From Candidatus Marsarchaeota archaeon (GTDB lineage: Archaea > Micrarchaeota > Micrarchaeia > Micrarchaeales > Micrarchaeaceae): 64,000 nt of DNA. Shown here one piece after another: positions 1-9,858 of this stretch (positions are counted from its first letter, which is position 1; the number at the start of each line of letters is the position of its first letter). A program made the translations under genes and the position numbers. The DNA is taken from the NCBI GenBank assembly GCA_023473665.1, contig JAMCYM010000001.1:52923-116922 (forward strand). Direction: 5' to 3'. Below the pieces are notes generated by a model. The model worked only from the letters and a program-made list of their open reading frames with translations. It was not told where the DNA came from and ran no database searches.

Positions 1-49
1 TGTATGTATATATTTCGTGATAAATCCATTGATCTTATGAGATGCTGAA

Positions 50-763
50 ATGACTGAAAAGATATACCAAACCGACTCATATGCTAAGGAAGCCGATGCA
101 GCGGTTACGGCTGTTAACGGAAACGAGGTAGAGCTCGACAAGACAATCTTTTATCCGACCGGCGGCGGCCAGCCATGCGATACTGGCACGCTGGCGGTCA
201 ACAGCAAGGCTATTGCAGTTACAGAAGTAAAAAAGGACGGCGACCGCATTGTGCATTTTGTAGATGACGCATCCAGTCTTTCGGAAGGGACTGCAGTACA
301 CTGCGCAATCGATTGGGGCAGGCGCTACATACACATGCGGCTTCACACCGCCCTCCATATAATAGACGGGGTAGTTGAAAAGAGGTACTCAGGCAAAATA
401 ACCGGCGGCCAGATATACGAGGATAGGGCGCGGATGGACTTCGATGTTCCCGGTCTTGACAAGACGAAGTCGCAAAGCATCATCGATGATGCACAGAGCA
501 TTGTAGAAGAAGACCATCCAGTCACTGTAAGGTTTATGACAAGAGCTGAGGCCTCAAAGATTCAAGGTTTGGCAAGGACAGCGCCTGGAGAAGAATTACT
601 CGAAAAGCTAGATCAGATCCGCATTATAGACATAGAGGGCTTCGATTTCCAGCTAGACGGCGGCACCCATGTGGCGCACACAAAAGAGGTCGGCAAGATT
701 AAAATCATAAAATACGAAAACAAAGGGGCCCACAACAAAAGAATAGAGATAGCACTTGAGTAA
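50..763 (+). CDS. alaX: Alanyl-tRNA editing protein AlaX (AlaX-M type)
   Basis: FYPTGGGQPCDTG, HTALH and DGGTHV motifs; free-standing editing domain of 237 aa. Confidence 0.92.
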   Translation: MTEKIYQTDSYAKEADAAVTAVNGNEVELDKTIFYPTGGGQPCDTGTLAVNSKAIAVTEVKKDGDRIVHFVDDASSLSEGTAVHCAIDWGRRYIHMRLHTALHIIDGVVEKRYSGKITGGQIYEDRARMDFDVPGLDKTKSQSIIDDAQSIVEEDHPVTVRFMTRAEASKIQGLARTAPGEELLEKLDQIRIIDIEGFDFQLDGGTHVAHTKEVGKIKIIKYENKGAHNKRIEIALE

Positions 764-1168
764 TCAAAGGCTCTTGGTTTCAGCATCGATGGTCTTGTGC
801 TCATACGCGAATACTGCACCCTTCAGCGCCTTGAGCGCTATCGTTGCGCATTTCGCCCGTGCGGGGCCCGGATCTATGCCGAGTAGGCCTACAACAGTAT
901 TGAATCCCATCTTCTCGACTTCGGCCAGTGTCTTTCCCTTCACTAAATCCGTAAGCATGCTGGCGGCGCCGATGCTTATCGCACATCCCTTGCCGTCAAA
1001 CTTGACATCAGCGATCCTCTTGCCCTTTACACTTATGTATATAGTTATGTCGTCTCCGCATACTGGATTGTATTCGTGCAGTTCTGCATCTGCTCCATCA
1101 AGCTTGCCTTTGTTGTGCGGATGCTCATAATTGGATATGAGCTCTTCTGCGTACAAGTCCATAGGCAT
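764..1168 (-). CDS. sufU: SufU/IscU-type Fe-S scaffold or sulfur-transfer protein
   Basis: NPVCGDDI, GCAIS and RAKCA three-Cys pattern; last gene of the suf operon. Confidence 0.92.
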   Translation of the reverse strand: MPMDLYAEELISNYEHPHNKGKLDGADAELHEYNPVCGDDITIYISVKGKRIADVKFDGKGCAISIGAASMLTDLVKGKTLAEVEKMGFNTVVGLLGIDPGPARAKCATIALKALKGAVFAYEHKTIDAETKSL

Positions 1169-1177
1169 AAGTTCGCC

Positions 1178-2461
1178 TCAAGCAACTCTGAAAATCTTCT
1201 TGACCTTTGCTATTGCGTCAACGGCCTTGTCTACTTCAGCCTTTGTGTTGTAGATGTAAAAGCTCATTCTTGCCACGGCTGCTTCATTGAGTATATTGGC
1301 TACAAGTGGCATCGCGCAGTGATGACCTGCGCGTATCGCTATTCCTTCGCTGTCGAATATGCTTGCGACATCGTGCGGATGCACCTTATCTACCTCAAAC
1401 GATATCACGCCACCCCTGCTCTTGATCTGCGACCGGCCAAGCCCAAATACTGACACGTTCCTAACGCTTTCCAGCCTGCTGAGCGCATACTCCGTAAGCT
1501 CGATCTCGTGCCTCCTTACGTTTTCCATGCCAAGCCTATTTAGATAATCAAGTGCAGCAGACAGCCCTATGCCTCCCTCTATGTTCGAGGTACCTGCCTC
1601 AAACTTCCATGGCAGGTCGTTCGGCGTATAGTCTTGGAAACTGACAGTGCGTATCATGTCGCCCCCTCCAAACAATGGCGGCATATCCTCCAAGAGCTGC
1701 CTCTTAGCATACAGCGCCCCTATGCCCGTAGGCGCAAGCATTTTATGTCCGGAAAGCGCGAAGAAATCACAGTCAATGTTCTTTACGTCAACCGGCATAT
1801 GCGGTGCGGACTGGGCTCCATCCACGAGCACCTTTGCGCCGGCCTTGTGCGCCATGGCGGTTATTCTCTTCACGTCGTTTATAGTGCCAAGCACATTCGA
1901 AACGTGGGTTATGGCAACTAGTTTCGGGTGCTTTTCAAGCTGTTCCTTAAGGCTTTCCTCATCAAGCCTGCTGCGCTCCTCATCGAGCTTTATGTAGTCA
2001 AGAATAGCGCCGGTCTTCTTTGCCAGCATTATCCATGGGACTATGTTGCTGTGATGCTCCATCTCTGATATAAGTATGTGGTCTCCTCTCCCTATGTTGG
2101 AGGCTCCCCATGTAAGTGCCACAAGGTTCATGGCCTCTGTTGTATTCCTCACGTATACAAGCTCCTGGTATGAGTTTGCATTCAAGAATTTTGCTAGCTT
2201 CACCTTAGAGCCTGTGTATGCCTCGGTTGCGCGCTCCGAAATCTCGTATATCCCCCTGTGTATGTTCGCGTTGTAGCCTTCATAGTACTCCTTTATGGCG
2301 TTTATCACCTGCGCTGGCTTCTGCGAGGTGGCTGCGCTGTCCAGATAGACGAGAGGCTTGCCATGCATCCTAATGCCGAGTATCGGGAAGTCCTTACGTA
2401 TCTTTTCCACATCAAGCGCCGTCCTAGCTTTGCCATGATTCGATTCAATCATTTTGTTCAC
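1178..2461 (-). CDS. sufS: Cysteine desulfurase SufS
   Basis: YLDSAATSQKP, EHHSN, SGHKM (PLP Lys) and RAGHHCA motifs. Confidence 0.96.
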   Translation of the reverse strand: MNKMIESNHGKARTALDVEKIRKDFPILGIRMHGKPLVYLDSAATSQKPAQVINAIKEYYEGYNANIHRGIYEISERATEAYTGSKVKLAKFLNANSYQELVYVRNTTEAMNLVALTWGASNIGRGDHILISEMEHHSNIVPWIMLAKKTGAILDYIKLDEERSRLDEESLKEQLEKHPKLVAITHVSNVLGTINDVKRITAMAHKAGAKVLVDGAQSAPHMPVDVKNIDCDFFALSGHKMLAPTGIGALYAKRQLLEDMPPLFGGGDMIRTVSFQDYTPNDLPWKFEAGTSNIEGGIGLSAALDYLNRLGMENVRRHEIELTEYALSRLESVRNVSVFGLGRSQIKSRGGVISFEVDKVHPHDVASIFDSEGIAIRAGHHCAMPLVANILNEAAVARMSFYIYNTKAEVDKAVDAIAKVKKIFRVA

Positions 2462-3209
2462 TTGCCGTCTGCCCGTTTGAGCGCATCTGCCCGTACCCGC
2501 TTGCCTCGAGTTCTCCGACCAGCTCCACGCCGCCTTCCTTGATTATCCGGCCATCGGATATTACATGCACGAACTGGGGCTTCATGTACTTCAGCACCCT
2601 GCTGTAGTGCGTTATTACAAGCAGGCCCATACTGTTTTTAGTGGCGAGCTCGTTAATGTTCTCCGCAACTACCTTGACGGCATCTATGTCGAGCCCGGAA
2701 TCAGGTTCGTCGAGAATCGCGATACCCGGCTTCAGTACAGCCATCTGCAATATCTCTGCCTTCTTCTTCTCGCCCCCAGAGAAGCCCTTGTTAAGCGACC
2801 TGCCTATCACGCCATTGTCGATTTTCAGTTTTTCGGAGTAAGCCTTGATGTTCTCCATAAATTCGCGCATATTTACTGTGCCGTCTGTCTTTGATTCAAG
2901 GGCCGACCTGAGAAAGTTGACGAAACCAACGCCATCTATCTCAACAGGATTCTGGAATTGGAGGAATAGCCCTAGCTTTGCACGCTTATCCGGGCTTAGT
3001 TTCAATATGCTATTCCCATCGATTAAGATGTCGCCTTTCGATATCTCAAGACCAGGGTAGCCCATTATGGCCTTGGCCAGTGTTGTCTTGCCCGAGCCGT
3101 TGGGCCCCATAAGCACATGGAACTCACCGCTATTCACTACTAAATTTATCCCGTTCAGTATGGTTTTACCGCCGACACCAACGTGCAGGTCTTTAATCTC
3201 CAGTTTCAT
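2445..3209 (-). CDS. sufC: Fe-S cluster assembly ATPase SufC
   Basis: GPNGSGKT, FSGGEKK and ILDEPDSGLDID motifs. Confidence 0.96.
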   Translation of the reverse strand: MKLEIKDLHVGVGGKTILNGINLVVNSGEFHVLMGPNGSGKTTLAKAIMGYPGLEISKGDILIDGNSILKLSPDKRAKLGLFLQFQNPVEIDGVGFVNFLRSALESKTDGTVNMREFMENIKAYSEKLKIDNGVIGRSLNKGFSGGEKKKAEILQMAVLKPGIAILDEPDSGLDIDAVKVVAENINELATKNSMGLLVITHYSRVLKYMKPQFVHVISDGRIIKEGGVELVGELEASGYGQMRSNGQTASEQND

Positions 3210-3240
3210 GGTATCACATCTTCATAGTTGCTTTTTACAG

Positions 3241-3552
3241 CTATCTAATCATCAGCGAACACGAGAGCGACATGCCCTTAGGGCACATGCTGCAAACTGC
3301 CTTTTGTGCCTCGTGTTCATTATGGCTTAGCATATGCCTTGCTATCTTGTCTATGCTACCATGATCGAAAACAATCCCATTGCCTTTCGGTTGCTTGCCA
3401 TTTACGTACTTGCTTATCTCCGCTTGTGTGACGCCTATGAGCCTGGCTATCTCGACCTGCTTCAGTTTGTACTTCAACGCCATGGTTCGCGCAAGGTTCC
3501 CCTTGAGCGCTGGCATAAACTCCCTCAACACAACATCGTAGTTTGCATCCAT
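3241..3552 (-). CDS. HTH transcriptional regulator with C-terminal Cys cluster, inside the suf operon
   Basis: KQVEIARLIGVTQAEISKY helix-turn-helix; CSMC-x6-C tail; GGTGAT RBS before ATG 3552. Confidence 0.75.
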   Translation of the reverse strand: MDANYDVVLREFMPALKGNLARTMALKYKLKQVEIARLIGVTQAEISKYVNGKQPKGNGIVFDHGSIDKIARHMLSHNEHEAQKAVCSMCPKGMSLSCSLMIR

Positions 3553-3556
3553 CGTA

Positions 3557-4819
3557 TCACCTGAGCTTGTGTGCCCCATCGAATTGCGCTTGCTGGCCTT
3601 GTGTCTGGCTTGCCCATGCGTCCTTCAGGCTTATCTCCGGAACACCCCCACTTCTTTCCCGCAGCCTGCTAAGTGCTATTGCGGCTGCGATCGACCTTAT
3701 ACGCTGATCATTTATCTTACCAAGCGTCTCCAGCATGAAGCCTCCAACAACTATCTTCTTCGCCTCGTCGCGTTGCACCCCCCTGGCAGATATGTAAAAG
3801 ATATCGTCCTCGCTTATTGGCGACACAGAGCTAGAGTGTGTGGCCTTGACTTCGCCCTCGTCTATGGACATGTCGGGCATCATCTTTATCTGCGCACCGT
3901 TGTCGTATATAAGGCCCCGCTCCTTAAGGTACGAAAGCGACTTTTTCGAGCCATGTAGCACTTTTGCCATCCCCTTGGCAATCACAGACGACGTGTCCAT
4001 GGCAACGACCTTTGCCTCTGATGTGGCAACTGAGGCCTCGCCCCCATTCAAAAGACCCGTGTACATGTCAAGCTTTTGTGCGCCTACGCCAATTACAACG
4101 TCATTTGACTCAACACGAGAATTGCTGCCTATGGCTGCCAATTCGCTGTGCTGCTTGTGAATCGCACCTCCGGCATACAGGCTGTTCATCGCGATAGATG
4201 CTCTGTCTTGCGCAGTTGCATTAGCGATTGAAAAGCCTGCAGCGCCGCTTTCCTCTACGTGCAGCACGTTCATCTCAACCGCAGAGCGTTCGTCTCCCTG
4301 AATGTTCTGCAGCATGCTTGTCATCACCTCACCTTGCCCGGAAGCGAACACCTCGTTCATGGTGAGTTTTGAGTTGCTGCCGGCTTTGACCGAAAGCAGC
4401 AATGGCGCAACTGTTGTACCTGAAATAAAAAGCACACTGAGTGCCACCTCAGCGCCGGATGGCACGTCTAGAATGAATGCTTTCTTAGCAAAGGCTCCTG
4501 CAAATGCGCTGAACCTATTATTGTCGTGTATAAGCCCGTTCATATGCTCCAATGCGCCATTTGCATCTGCCCCCTTGAGGGATCCCGAATCGTCAAAAAC
4601 CAGCTCGTTGTTCAATATTACAGCATCAAACTTCGTTTTCAGTTTTGTGGCTATCTTCGAAGCGAGAGCGCTGTGATCTACCAATTGCTGTTCCTCCGAG
4701 AGCAGTTTCGCGTAGCGGTCCAAGTCAAACTCCACCCCATATTTTTTGTAGAGCTCATTCAGCTCATAGGGCTTTGACCTGTAATCGATCGATGCGCCTA
4801 TGGGCCTTTCTGGGGTCAT
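3557..4819 (-). CDS. sufD: Fe-S cluster assembly protein SufD
   Basis: P-x-MSIDEGEVKATHSS and FYISARG-like C-terminal SufBD motifs; follows sufB. Confidence 0.88.
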   Translation of the reverse strand: MTPERPIGASIDYRSKPYELNELYKKYGVEFDLDRYAKLLSEEQQLVDHSALASKIATKLKTKFDAVILNNELVFDDSGSLKGADANGALEHMNGLIHDNNRFSAFAGAFAKKAFILDVPSGAEVALSVLFISGTTVAPLLLSVKAGSNSKLTMNEVFASGQGEVMTSMLQNIQGDERSAVEMNVLHVEESGAAGFSIANATAQDRASIAMNSLYAGGAIHKQHSELAAIGSNSRVESNDVVIGVGAQKLDMYTGLLNGGEASVATSEAKVVAMDTSSVIAKGMAKVLHGSKKSLSYLKERGLIYDNGAQIKMMPDMSIDEGEVKATHSSSVSPISEDDIFYISARGVQRDEAKKIVVGGFMLETLGKINDQRIRSIAAAIALSRLRERSGGVPEISLKDAWASQTQGQQAQFDGAHKLR

Positions 4820-4829
4820 AAGATCACTA

Positions 4830-6245
4830 TCAGCCTACTGCATTTGTGGTATCTAGCTTTATGAGGCGCTTTAGCTCAAGCGAGTACTCAAGCGGCAGTG
4901 CCTTCACGAGCGGGTCTATGAACCCCAAAACTATTGTGGCTATGGCGTCATCCTCCTTCATTCCCCTTGACATAAGGTAAAAAAGCTCGTCCTCACCAAG
5001 CCTGCCCACTGCCGCCTCGTGGCTGACGAAGGCGTCGTCAGCGTAAATCTCTTCATATGGGTAAGTATTGGTTCTCGCGCTGTCGTCCAGCAGCAATGCA
5101 TCGCACTTGACTGCAGCGCTGGAATTAGTCGCCCGCTTATCGACGTGCACAAGCCCCCTGTACGAAGCGACTCCGCTTCCCTTAGACACGCTCTTCGAGA
5201 TTATCTGCGAGGTCGTGTTCGGGGCCAGATGGTAAACCTTGCCGCCGGAATCCTGCACCTGGTTTTCTCCTGCAACCGCGATGGAAAGAATGTCGCCCTT
5301 GCTTCCGCTTCCCTTAAGAAATATGCTAGGATACTTCATGTTGGTTTTGCTCCCTATGTTGGCATCGAGCCATTCCATGTGCGCATTCTCGTACGCATAG
5401 GCTCGCTGCGTGACTAGATTATAGACATTCTTGGACCAGTTCTGCACAGTAACGTACCTGACGTGCGCATTCTTGTGTACGACTATCTCGACCACTGCGG
5501 AATGCAGCGAAGAGCTGATGTATATCGGAGCTGTGCATCCCTCTATGTAGGTAACGTCAGCGCCTTCATCTGCCACAATGAGCGTGCGCTCGAACTGGCC
5601 TGCCTTCTCTGCGTTTATCCTGAAGTAGGCCTGCAGCGGCATAACTACCTTAACGCCTTTCGGCACATAAATGAAGCTACCGCCGCTCCATACTGCTGTG
5701 TTGAGCGCTGCGTACTTGTTGTCAGTCGGAGGTATTATTGTCCCGAAGTATTTCTTGACGAGTTCCGGATATTTCTTGACCGCTGTATCTGTATCGGTGA
5801 ATATGACCCCCTGCTTCTCAAGCTCCTCCTTGACGTGGTGATACACGACCTCAGAATCGTACTGCGCCTCTGCACCAGCAAAGAACTTGCGTTCGGCTTC
5901 TGGAACGCCAAGCTTGTCGAACGTCTTCTTTATATCCTCGGGCACGTTCTCCCACGCATCGCTCTTGTTCGCCTTAGGCTTCAGGTAGTAGTATATGTCA
6001 TCGTAGTCTATCTTGCTGAGGTCGGCGCCCCACGTCGGCACAGGCTTGGATACAAATGTCCTGTAGCCCGCGAGCCTTTTCTCGAGCATCCAGTCCGGCT
6101 CTCCCTTGCTCTTCGATATGAACCTTACGGTGCCTTCGCTTAGACCCTTCTGTATCTCAGAATACTCTGTCTTGTCCCGGAAGCCGTAGAGCTTGAGGTA
6201 CTCATTTTCCTCTTGAACAACATTACTATCCTGCGTTGCGGTCAT
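4830..6245 (-). CDS. sufB: Fe-S cluster assembly protein SufB
   Basis: AQYDSEVVY, GQFERTLI, EGCTAP, SLHSAVVE and FYLMSRG motifs. Confidence 0.97.
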   Translation of the reverse strand: MTATQDSNVVQEENEYLKLYGFRDKTEYSEIQKGLSEGTVRFISKSKGEPDWMLEKRLAGYRTFVSKPVPTWGADLSKIDYDDIYYYLKPKANKSDAWENVPEDIKKTFDKLGVPEAERKFFAGAEAQYDSEVVYHHVKEELEKQGVIFTDTDTAVKKYPELVKKYFGTIIPPTDNKYAALNTAVWSGGSFIYVPKGVKVVMPLQAYFRINAEKAGQFERTLIVADEGADVTYIEGCTAPIYISSSLHSAVVEIVVHKNAHVRYVTVQNWSKNVYNLVTQRAYAYENAHMEWLDANIGSKTNMKYPSIFLKGSGSKGDILSIAVAGENQVQDSGGKVYHLAPNTTSQIISKSVSKGSGVASYRGLVHVDKRATNSSAAVKCDALLLDDSARTNTYPYEEIYADDAFVSHEAAVGRLGEDELFYLMSRGMKEDDAIATIVLGFIDPLVKALPLEYSLELKRLIKLDTTNAVG

Positions 6246-6270
6246 GTTATCTACTAATTTTATAACCCAG

Positions 6271-6307
6271 TAATATGGATGGCTTCTCCATAATATTTAA
6301 ACCTTTA
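6271..6307 (-). promoter_or_regulatory. suf operon promoter (BRE/TATA) with adjacent inverted repeat
   Basis: Minus-strand ATAAAGG-TTTAAATA about 50 nt upstream of sufB; TATGGA-N7-TCCATA at 6274-6292 immediately downstream of the TATA box. Confidence 0.55.
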
Positions 6308-6468
6308 TATCACGGCGGAGTAAGCATGTCAAACTTAGGCAGCGTTCTCCTATAATGTCCGGTTGCATGAAAGGAACAGGACGAGAATGTCGGACCTGGT
6401 CGCTGCACCTTTAAATTGCTTGCCTGCGTAATATGCTTGCACACATGCTAATTGCGTAGAGTGGTTTA

Positions 6469-8094
6469 ATGGCAGGTACAAAATTCACCAACGAGTTTAC
6501 CTACAGGCACTTTCTCGAGTCGGGCAAGGAGCAGGAATTCGATGCACTTTTCGAGCAGGCGATGAAGGAAGCCAGGGCTAGCTTCGGTGCGAAGAACCCC
6601 ATGTACATAGGCGGAAAGGAAGTGCATGCCAGCGAGCTTCTTGAAGAGCGCTCCCCGATAGACCGCAAAATGCTGATAGGCTACTTCCAGAAGGGCACGA
6701 GGGAGCACAGCCGCCTTGCGGTTGCAGAGGCCAAGAAGGCTTTTGCCCAATGGAGCTCCACTAACTACAAGGAGCGCATCACCATCTTCAGGAAGGCAGC
6801 CGAGCTGTTTGTGAGGGACAAGTTCAAGCTGGCTGCAGTGCTGAGCTATGAGAACGGCAAATCAAGGTACGAATCTGTCGGTGAGGTAGATGAAGCTATA
6901 GACTTCCTGCGCTACTACGCTGATGAGCTGGAGCGCAACAAAGGCTACATACGCAAGACCGCAATCCAACAGAGTTCCGGCAAAGTGCAACTTGGCTTCC
7001 AAGGGGCGCCATCTGGCAACGAGCGCATAACAATAACAATGGAGCCATACGGTGTATTCGGCGTCATCGCGCCGTTCAACTTCCCGGTGTCGATATCGGT
7101 CGGGATGAGCGTCGGGGCAATGATAACCGGCAATACGGTAGTGTTTAAACCATCGTCAACAGACAACATGTCGATGCTGACAGGCCTTCATATCTACAGG
7201 CTCATGAAAGAAAGCGGGGTGCCCGATGGTGTCTTCAATTACGTGACCGGTCCAGGCTCAGAGGTAGGTGACGAGCTGGTCTCAAGCAATGACGTTGCCG
7301 GAATAGTGTTTACTGGCTCGAAGTCGACTGGGCTCAAGATGATAGCACGCACCTTCAGCGCCGGGAACCAAAAGGCGTTTATAGTCGAGATGGGCGGCAA
7401 AAACCCCGCCATAGTGTCAAAATATGCAGACATTGACAAGGCCGTTGACGGGACTGTGAGCGCAGCATTCGGCTTCGCCGGCCAGAAATGCAGTGCCCTC
7501 TCCAGAGTGTACGTGCACGAGTCGATAAAGGAGATTTTCATAAGCAAGCTCCTCGAGCGCACAAGGGCCATAAAAGTGGGCGATCCGCTTGCCAAGGAGA
7601 ACTACATGGGTCCTCTGATCAGCGAAAGCGCCTACAAGCGCTACGTAGAATCCGTAGAGAAGGCGAAGGCATCAGGCCGCATGCTCTATGGCGGGAACCG
7701 GGTAGCTACAAGCCTGGACGGCTTCTATGTCGAGCCCGTCATAGTTGAGCTAAGGCACGAGCACGAGCTGGTGCATACCGAGCTCTTTCTGCCGTTCCTG
7801 ACCATAGAAACATACAATGAGTTCAGGGACGCGCTCAGGATGGCAAATGACGTCGAATACGGCCTCACGGCAGGCCTCTACTCAAAGAACAGGCGTGAAA
7901 TAAAGGAGTTTGCTGAGGGCATCCAGGCAGGTACTGTCTACATAAACCGCGGCACCAGCGCAACAACGGGCGCCATAGTCGGCATGCACACGTTCGTTGG
8001 CTGGAAGGGCAGCGGCCTTACCGGCAAGGGAACGGGCAGCAGGCACTACCTATCACAGTTCATGAGAGAGAAAAGTGTCTCCCTTACCGAATGA
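6469..8094 (+). CDS. Aldehyde dehydrogenase family protein (P5C dehydrogenase-like)
   Basis: PFNFP, FTGS, EMGGKN, GQKCSA (catalytic Cys), ELFLP and YGLTAG motifs. Confidence 0.9.
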   Translation: MAGTKFTNEFTYRHFLESGKEQEFDALFEQAMKEARASFGAKNPMYIGGKEVHASELLEERSPIDRKMLIGYFQKGTREHSRLAVAEAKKAFAQWSSTNYKERITIFRKAAELFVRDKFKLAAVLSYENGKSRYESVGEVDEAIDFLRYYADELERNKGYIRKTAIQQSSGKVQLGFQGAPSGNERITITMEPYGVFGVIAPFNFPVSISVGMSVGAMITGNTVVFKPSSTDNMSMLTGLHIYRLMKESGVPDGVFNYVTGPGSEVGDELVSSNDVAGIVFTGSKSTGLKMIARTFSAGNQKAFIVEMGGKNPAIVSKYADIDKAVDGTVSAAFGFAGQKCSALSRVYVHESIKEIFISKLLERTRAIKVGDPLAKENYMGPLISESAYKRYVESVEKAKASGRMLYGGNRVATSLDGFYVEPVIVELRHEHELVHTELFLPFLTIETYNEFRDALRMANDVEYGLTAGLYSKNRREIKEFAEGIQAGTVYINRGTSATTGAIVGMHTFVGWKGSGLTGKGTGSRHYLSQFMREKSVSLTE

Positions 8095-8103
8095 GTGGTG
8101 TGC

Positions 8104-8514
8104 ATGGGGCTGCTGAGCTTTATACAACGCCGGCAGAGGTACAGGACGGCAAGCATATCGATCGGCGGGGCAAGGCTACGCGCGCTTATAGCCGACACGA
8201 TGCTGAAGCGCATGATAGGGCTTATGTATATGGATGAGCTAGCGCCAAACAGCTGCATGCTTTTCACTTTTGACTCCGATGGCAAGCCGGGCATATGGAT
8301 GCGCAACATGCGCTTTCCGATAGACATACTCTGGCTTGATTCACAAAAACGCGTAATCGACATGTTTGAGAACGCAAGGCCATGCCGTGGTCTGACCTGC
8401 AAAACGATGTACCCATCTAGGCAAGCAAGGTACGTAGTTGAGACAAATTTAGGGTTTGTAAAGCGTAGAAAATTAAAGATCGGCGCGAAGGCCTCATTCA
8501 GAATTAGCAACTAG
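8104..8514 (+). CDS. DUF192 family protein
   Basis: R-x-IGLMY, MLF, IWMRNMRFPIDILWLD and YVVE pattern. Confidence 0.85.
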   Translation: MGLLSFIQRRQRYRTASISIGGARLRALIADTMLKRMIGLMYMDELAPNSCMLFTFDSDGKPGIWMRNMRFPIDILWLDSQKRVIDMFENARPCRGLTCKTMYPSRQARYVVETNLGFVKRRKLKIGAKASFRISN

Positions 8515-8524
8515 GCAAAATGCC

Positions 8525-8566
8525 AAAAAGAAAAGAATGGGGTGCTGCATTGGGCGCAGCACCCAA
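8525..8566 (-). terminator. Hairpin plus U-rich tract downstream of the small basic protein gene
   Basis: GGGTGCTGC-N7-GCAGCACCC stem (8540-8564), followed on the minus strand by TTCTTTTCTTTTT. Confidence 0.6.
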
Positions 8567-8599
8567 CTTACTGTGCGGTTAAGCAAAGGTCCGTAGGGA

Positions 8600-8896
8600 T
8601 TATCTCCTTCTTGCCTTGGCCCTTCTTGCCGGGCTCGCCCTCTTTGCGCTCCTCCTTGAGCTCCTCGAGCCTCTCATCCTTCCCCCACGGTTCATCTTTG
8701 TCCTTGCTACATAGCCGCTCTTGTCGATGAAGTATAGGTAGCCATTCTGCCTAGACACGCGCTCCTTTCCTATACGCGCCTTCCTTCCGCGCGCATTGGC
8801 TCTCATTGGTGTGCGCCAGACGTAACCGTCCTTGCCTAGGTAATAGAGATAGCCGTCTTCTCTACCTACCCTTTCTCTTCCAATCCTTTCTGCCAT
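8600..8896 (-). CDS. Small, very basic protein with an internal duplication
   Basis: Two copies of RIG-x-ERV-x-R-x-x-GYLY(Y/F)-x-x-K-x-GYV-x-RT-x-M plus an Arg/Ser tail; GGTGAA RBS. Confidence 0.8.
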   Translation of the reverse strand: MAERIGRERVGREDGYLYYLGKDGYVWRTPMRANARGRKARIGKERVSRQNGYLYFIDKSGYVARTKMNRGGRMRGSRSSRRSAKRASPARRAKARRR

Positions 8897-9069
8897 CAGA
8901 TTCACCGATTACTAATACATGGATAAACTTAAATAACTATCGACGTAACTTCGAGGGAAAAACTGCCAAATGCGGTCTCGTTAGGCGTCTATGCATCTTT
9001 GGTGTGAATGTTATCTGCCGTGTGCAGCGCATACTTAATAATATCTTTTGCTAATACCTATCGATTCGC

Positions 9070-9852
9070 ATGATAACCATAAAAATATTCGACAAGGTAA
9101 ACCTGGCTGGATATACTCTTGTAGAAGGATTTCCTGGAATCGGCCTAGTCGGGCCCATGGCAATAAGCTACATGATAGACAAGCTGGGGATGCAGTACTG
9201 CGGCTACATAGAGAGCGACGACTTCCCACCATTGGTTTCGATACACGGCGGCAGACCTATGCCCCCTGTCCGCATGTACTACAGCCAGAAGCAGAAAATA
9301 GTCACGATTTTCGCCGAGTTCGCAATCCCTCTAAAGATGACTTATGAACTTACCACCGAACTCAACAAGCTGATAAAGGATGCAGGAATGGCAAAGGTAA
9401 TATCCATAGGCGGCATGCCTTCCGGAACATCGCTGCAGATAGGCGACGATGACGACAAAGACGAAGAAGCCAAACATCAAAAGGAGGATGTTTTCGCGAT
9501 AACCTCAAGCGCCAAGCTCGAGGGAGACGTCCGCAAGGCGGGCATGACACTGGTGAGCGAGGGTGTCGCCACAGGCGTAAGCGCCATGCTTCTGATTAAC
9601 GCCGCAAAGACAGACCTGCCTGACGTCACGATACTCGTGCCTGTCGACCAGAACATAGTAGATCCACGCTATGCCGAATTGGCCATACAAGCCATAGACA
9701 AAATCGCGGACCTTAATATAGACACAACAGAGCTCGAACGCGAGGCCAAGGAAGTAGAAGCAAAGATAAGGGACATGCTCAAGAAGAGCAAGGAAACGCA
9801 CGACAGCTACAAGCAGGTTGTGGACTCGAGCGGCCCATCGATGTACGCTTAA
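9070..9852 (+). CDS. PAC2 family proteasome assembly chaperone
   Basis: EGFPGIGLVG, DFPP, DPRYA and the C-terminal MYA (HbYX-like) end. Confidence 0.88.
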   Translation: MITIKIFDKVNLAGYTLVEGFPGIGLVGPMAISYMIDKLGMQYCGYIESDDFPPLVSIHGGRPMPPVRMYYSQKQKIVTIFAEFAIPLKMTYELTTELNKLIKDAGMAKVISIGGMPSGTSLQIGDDDDKDEEAKHQKEDVFAITSSAKLEGDVRKAGMTLVSEGVATGVSAMLLINAAKTDLPDVTILVPVDQNIVDPRYAELAIQAIDKIADLNIDTTELEREAKEVEAKIRDMLKKSKETHDSYKQVVDSSGPSMYA

Positions 9853-9858
9853 GCGAAT

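Noticed and set aside
640..690. AlaX has DGGTHV rather than CGGTHV
   Set aside because: Asp at this zinc-ligand position is a familiar variant among AlaX proteins, so it is not novel
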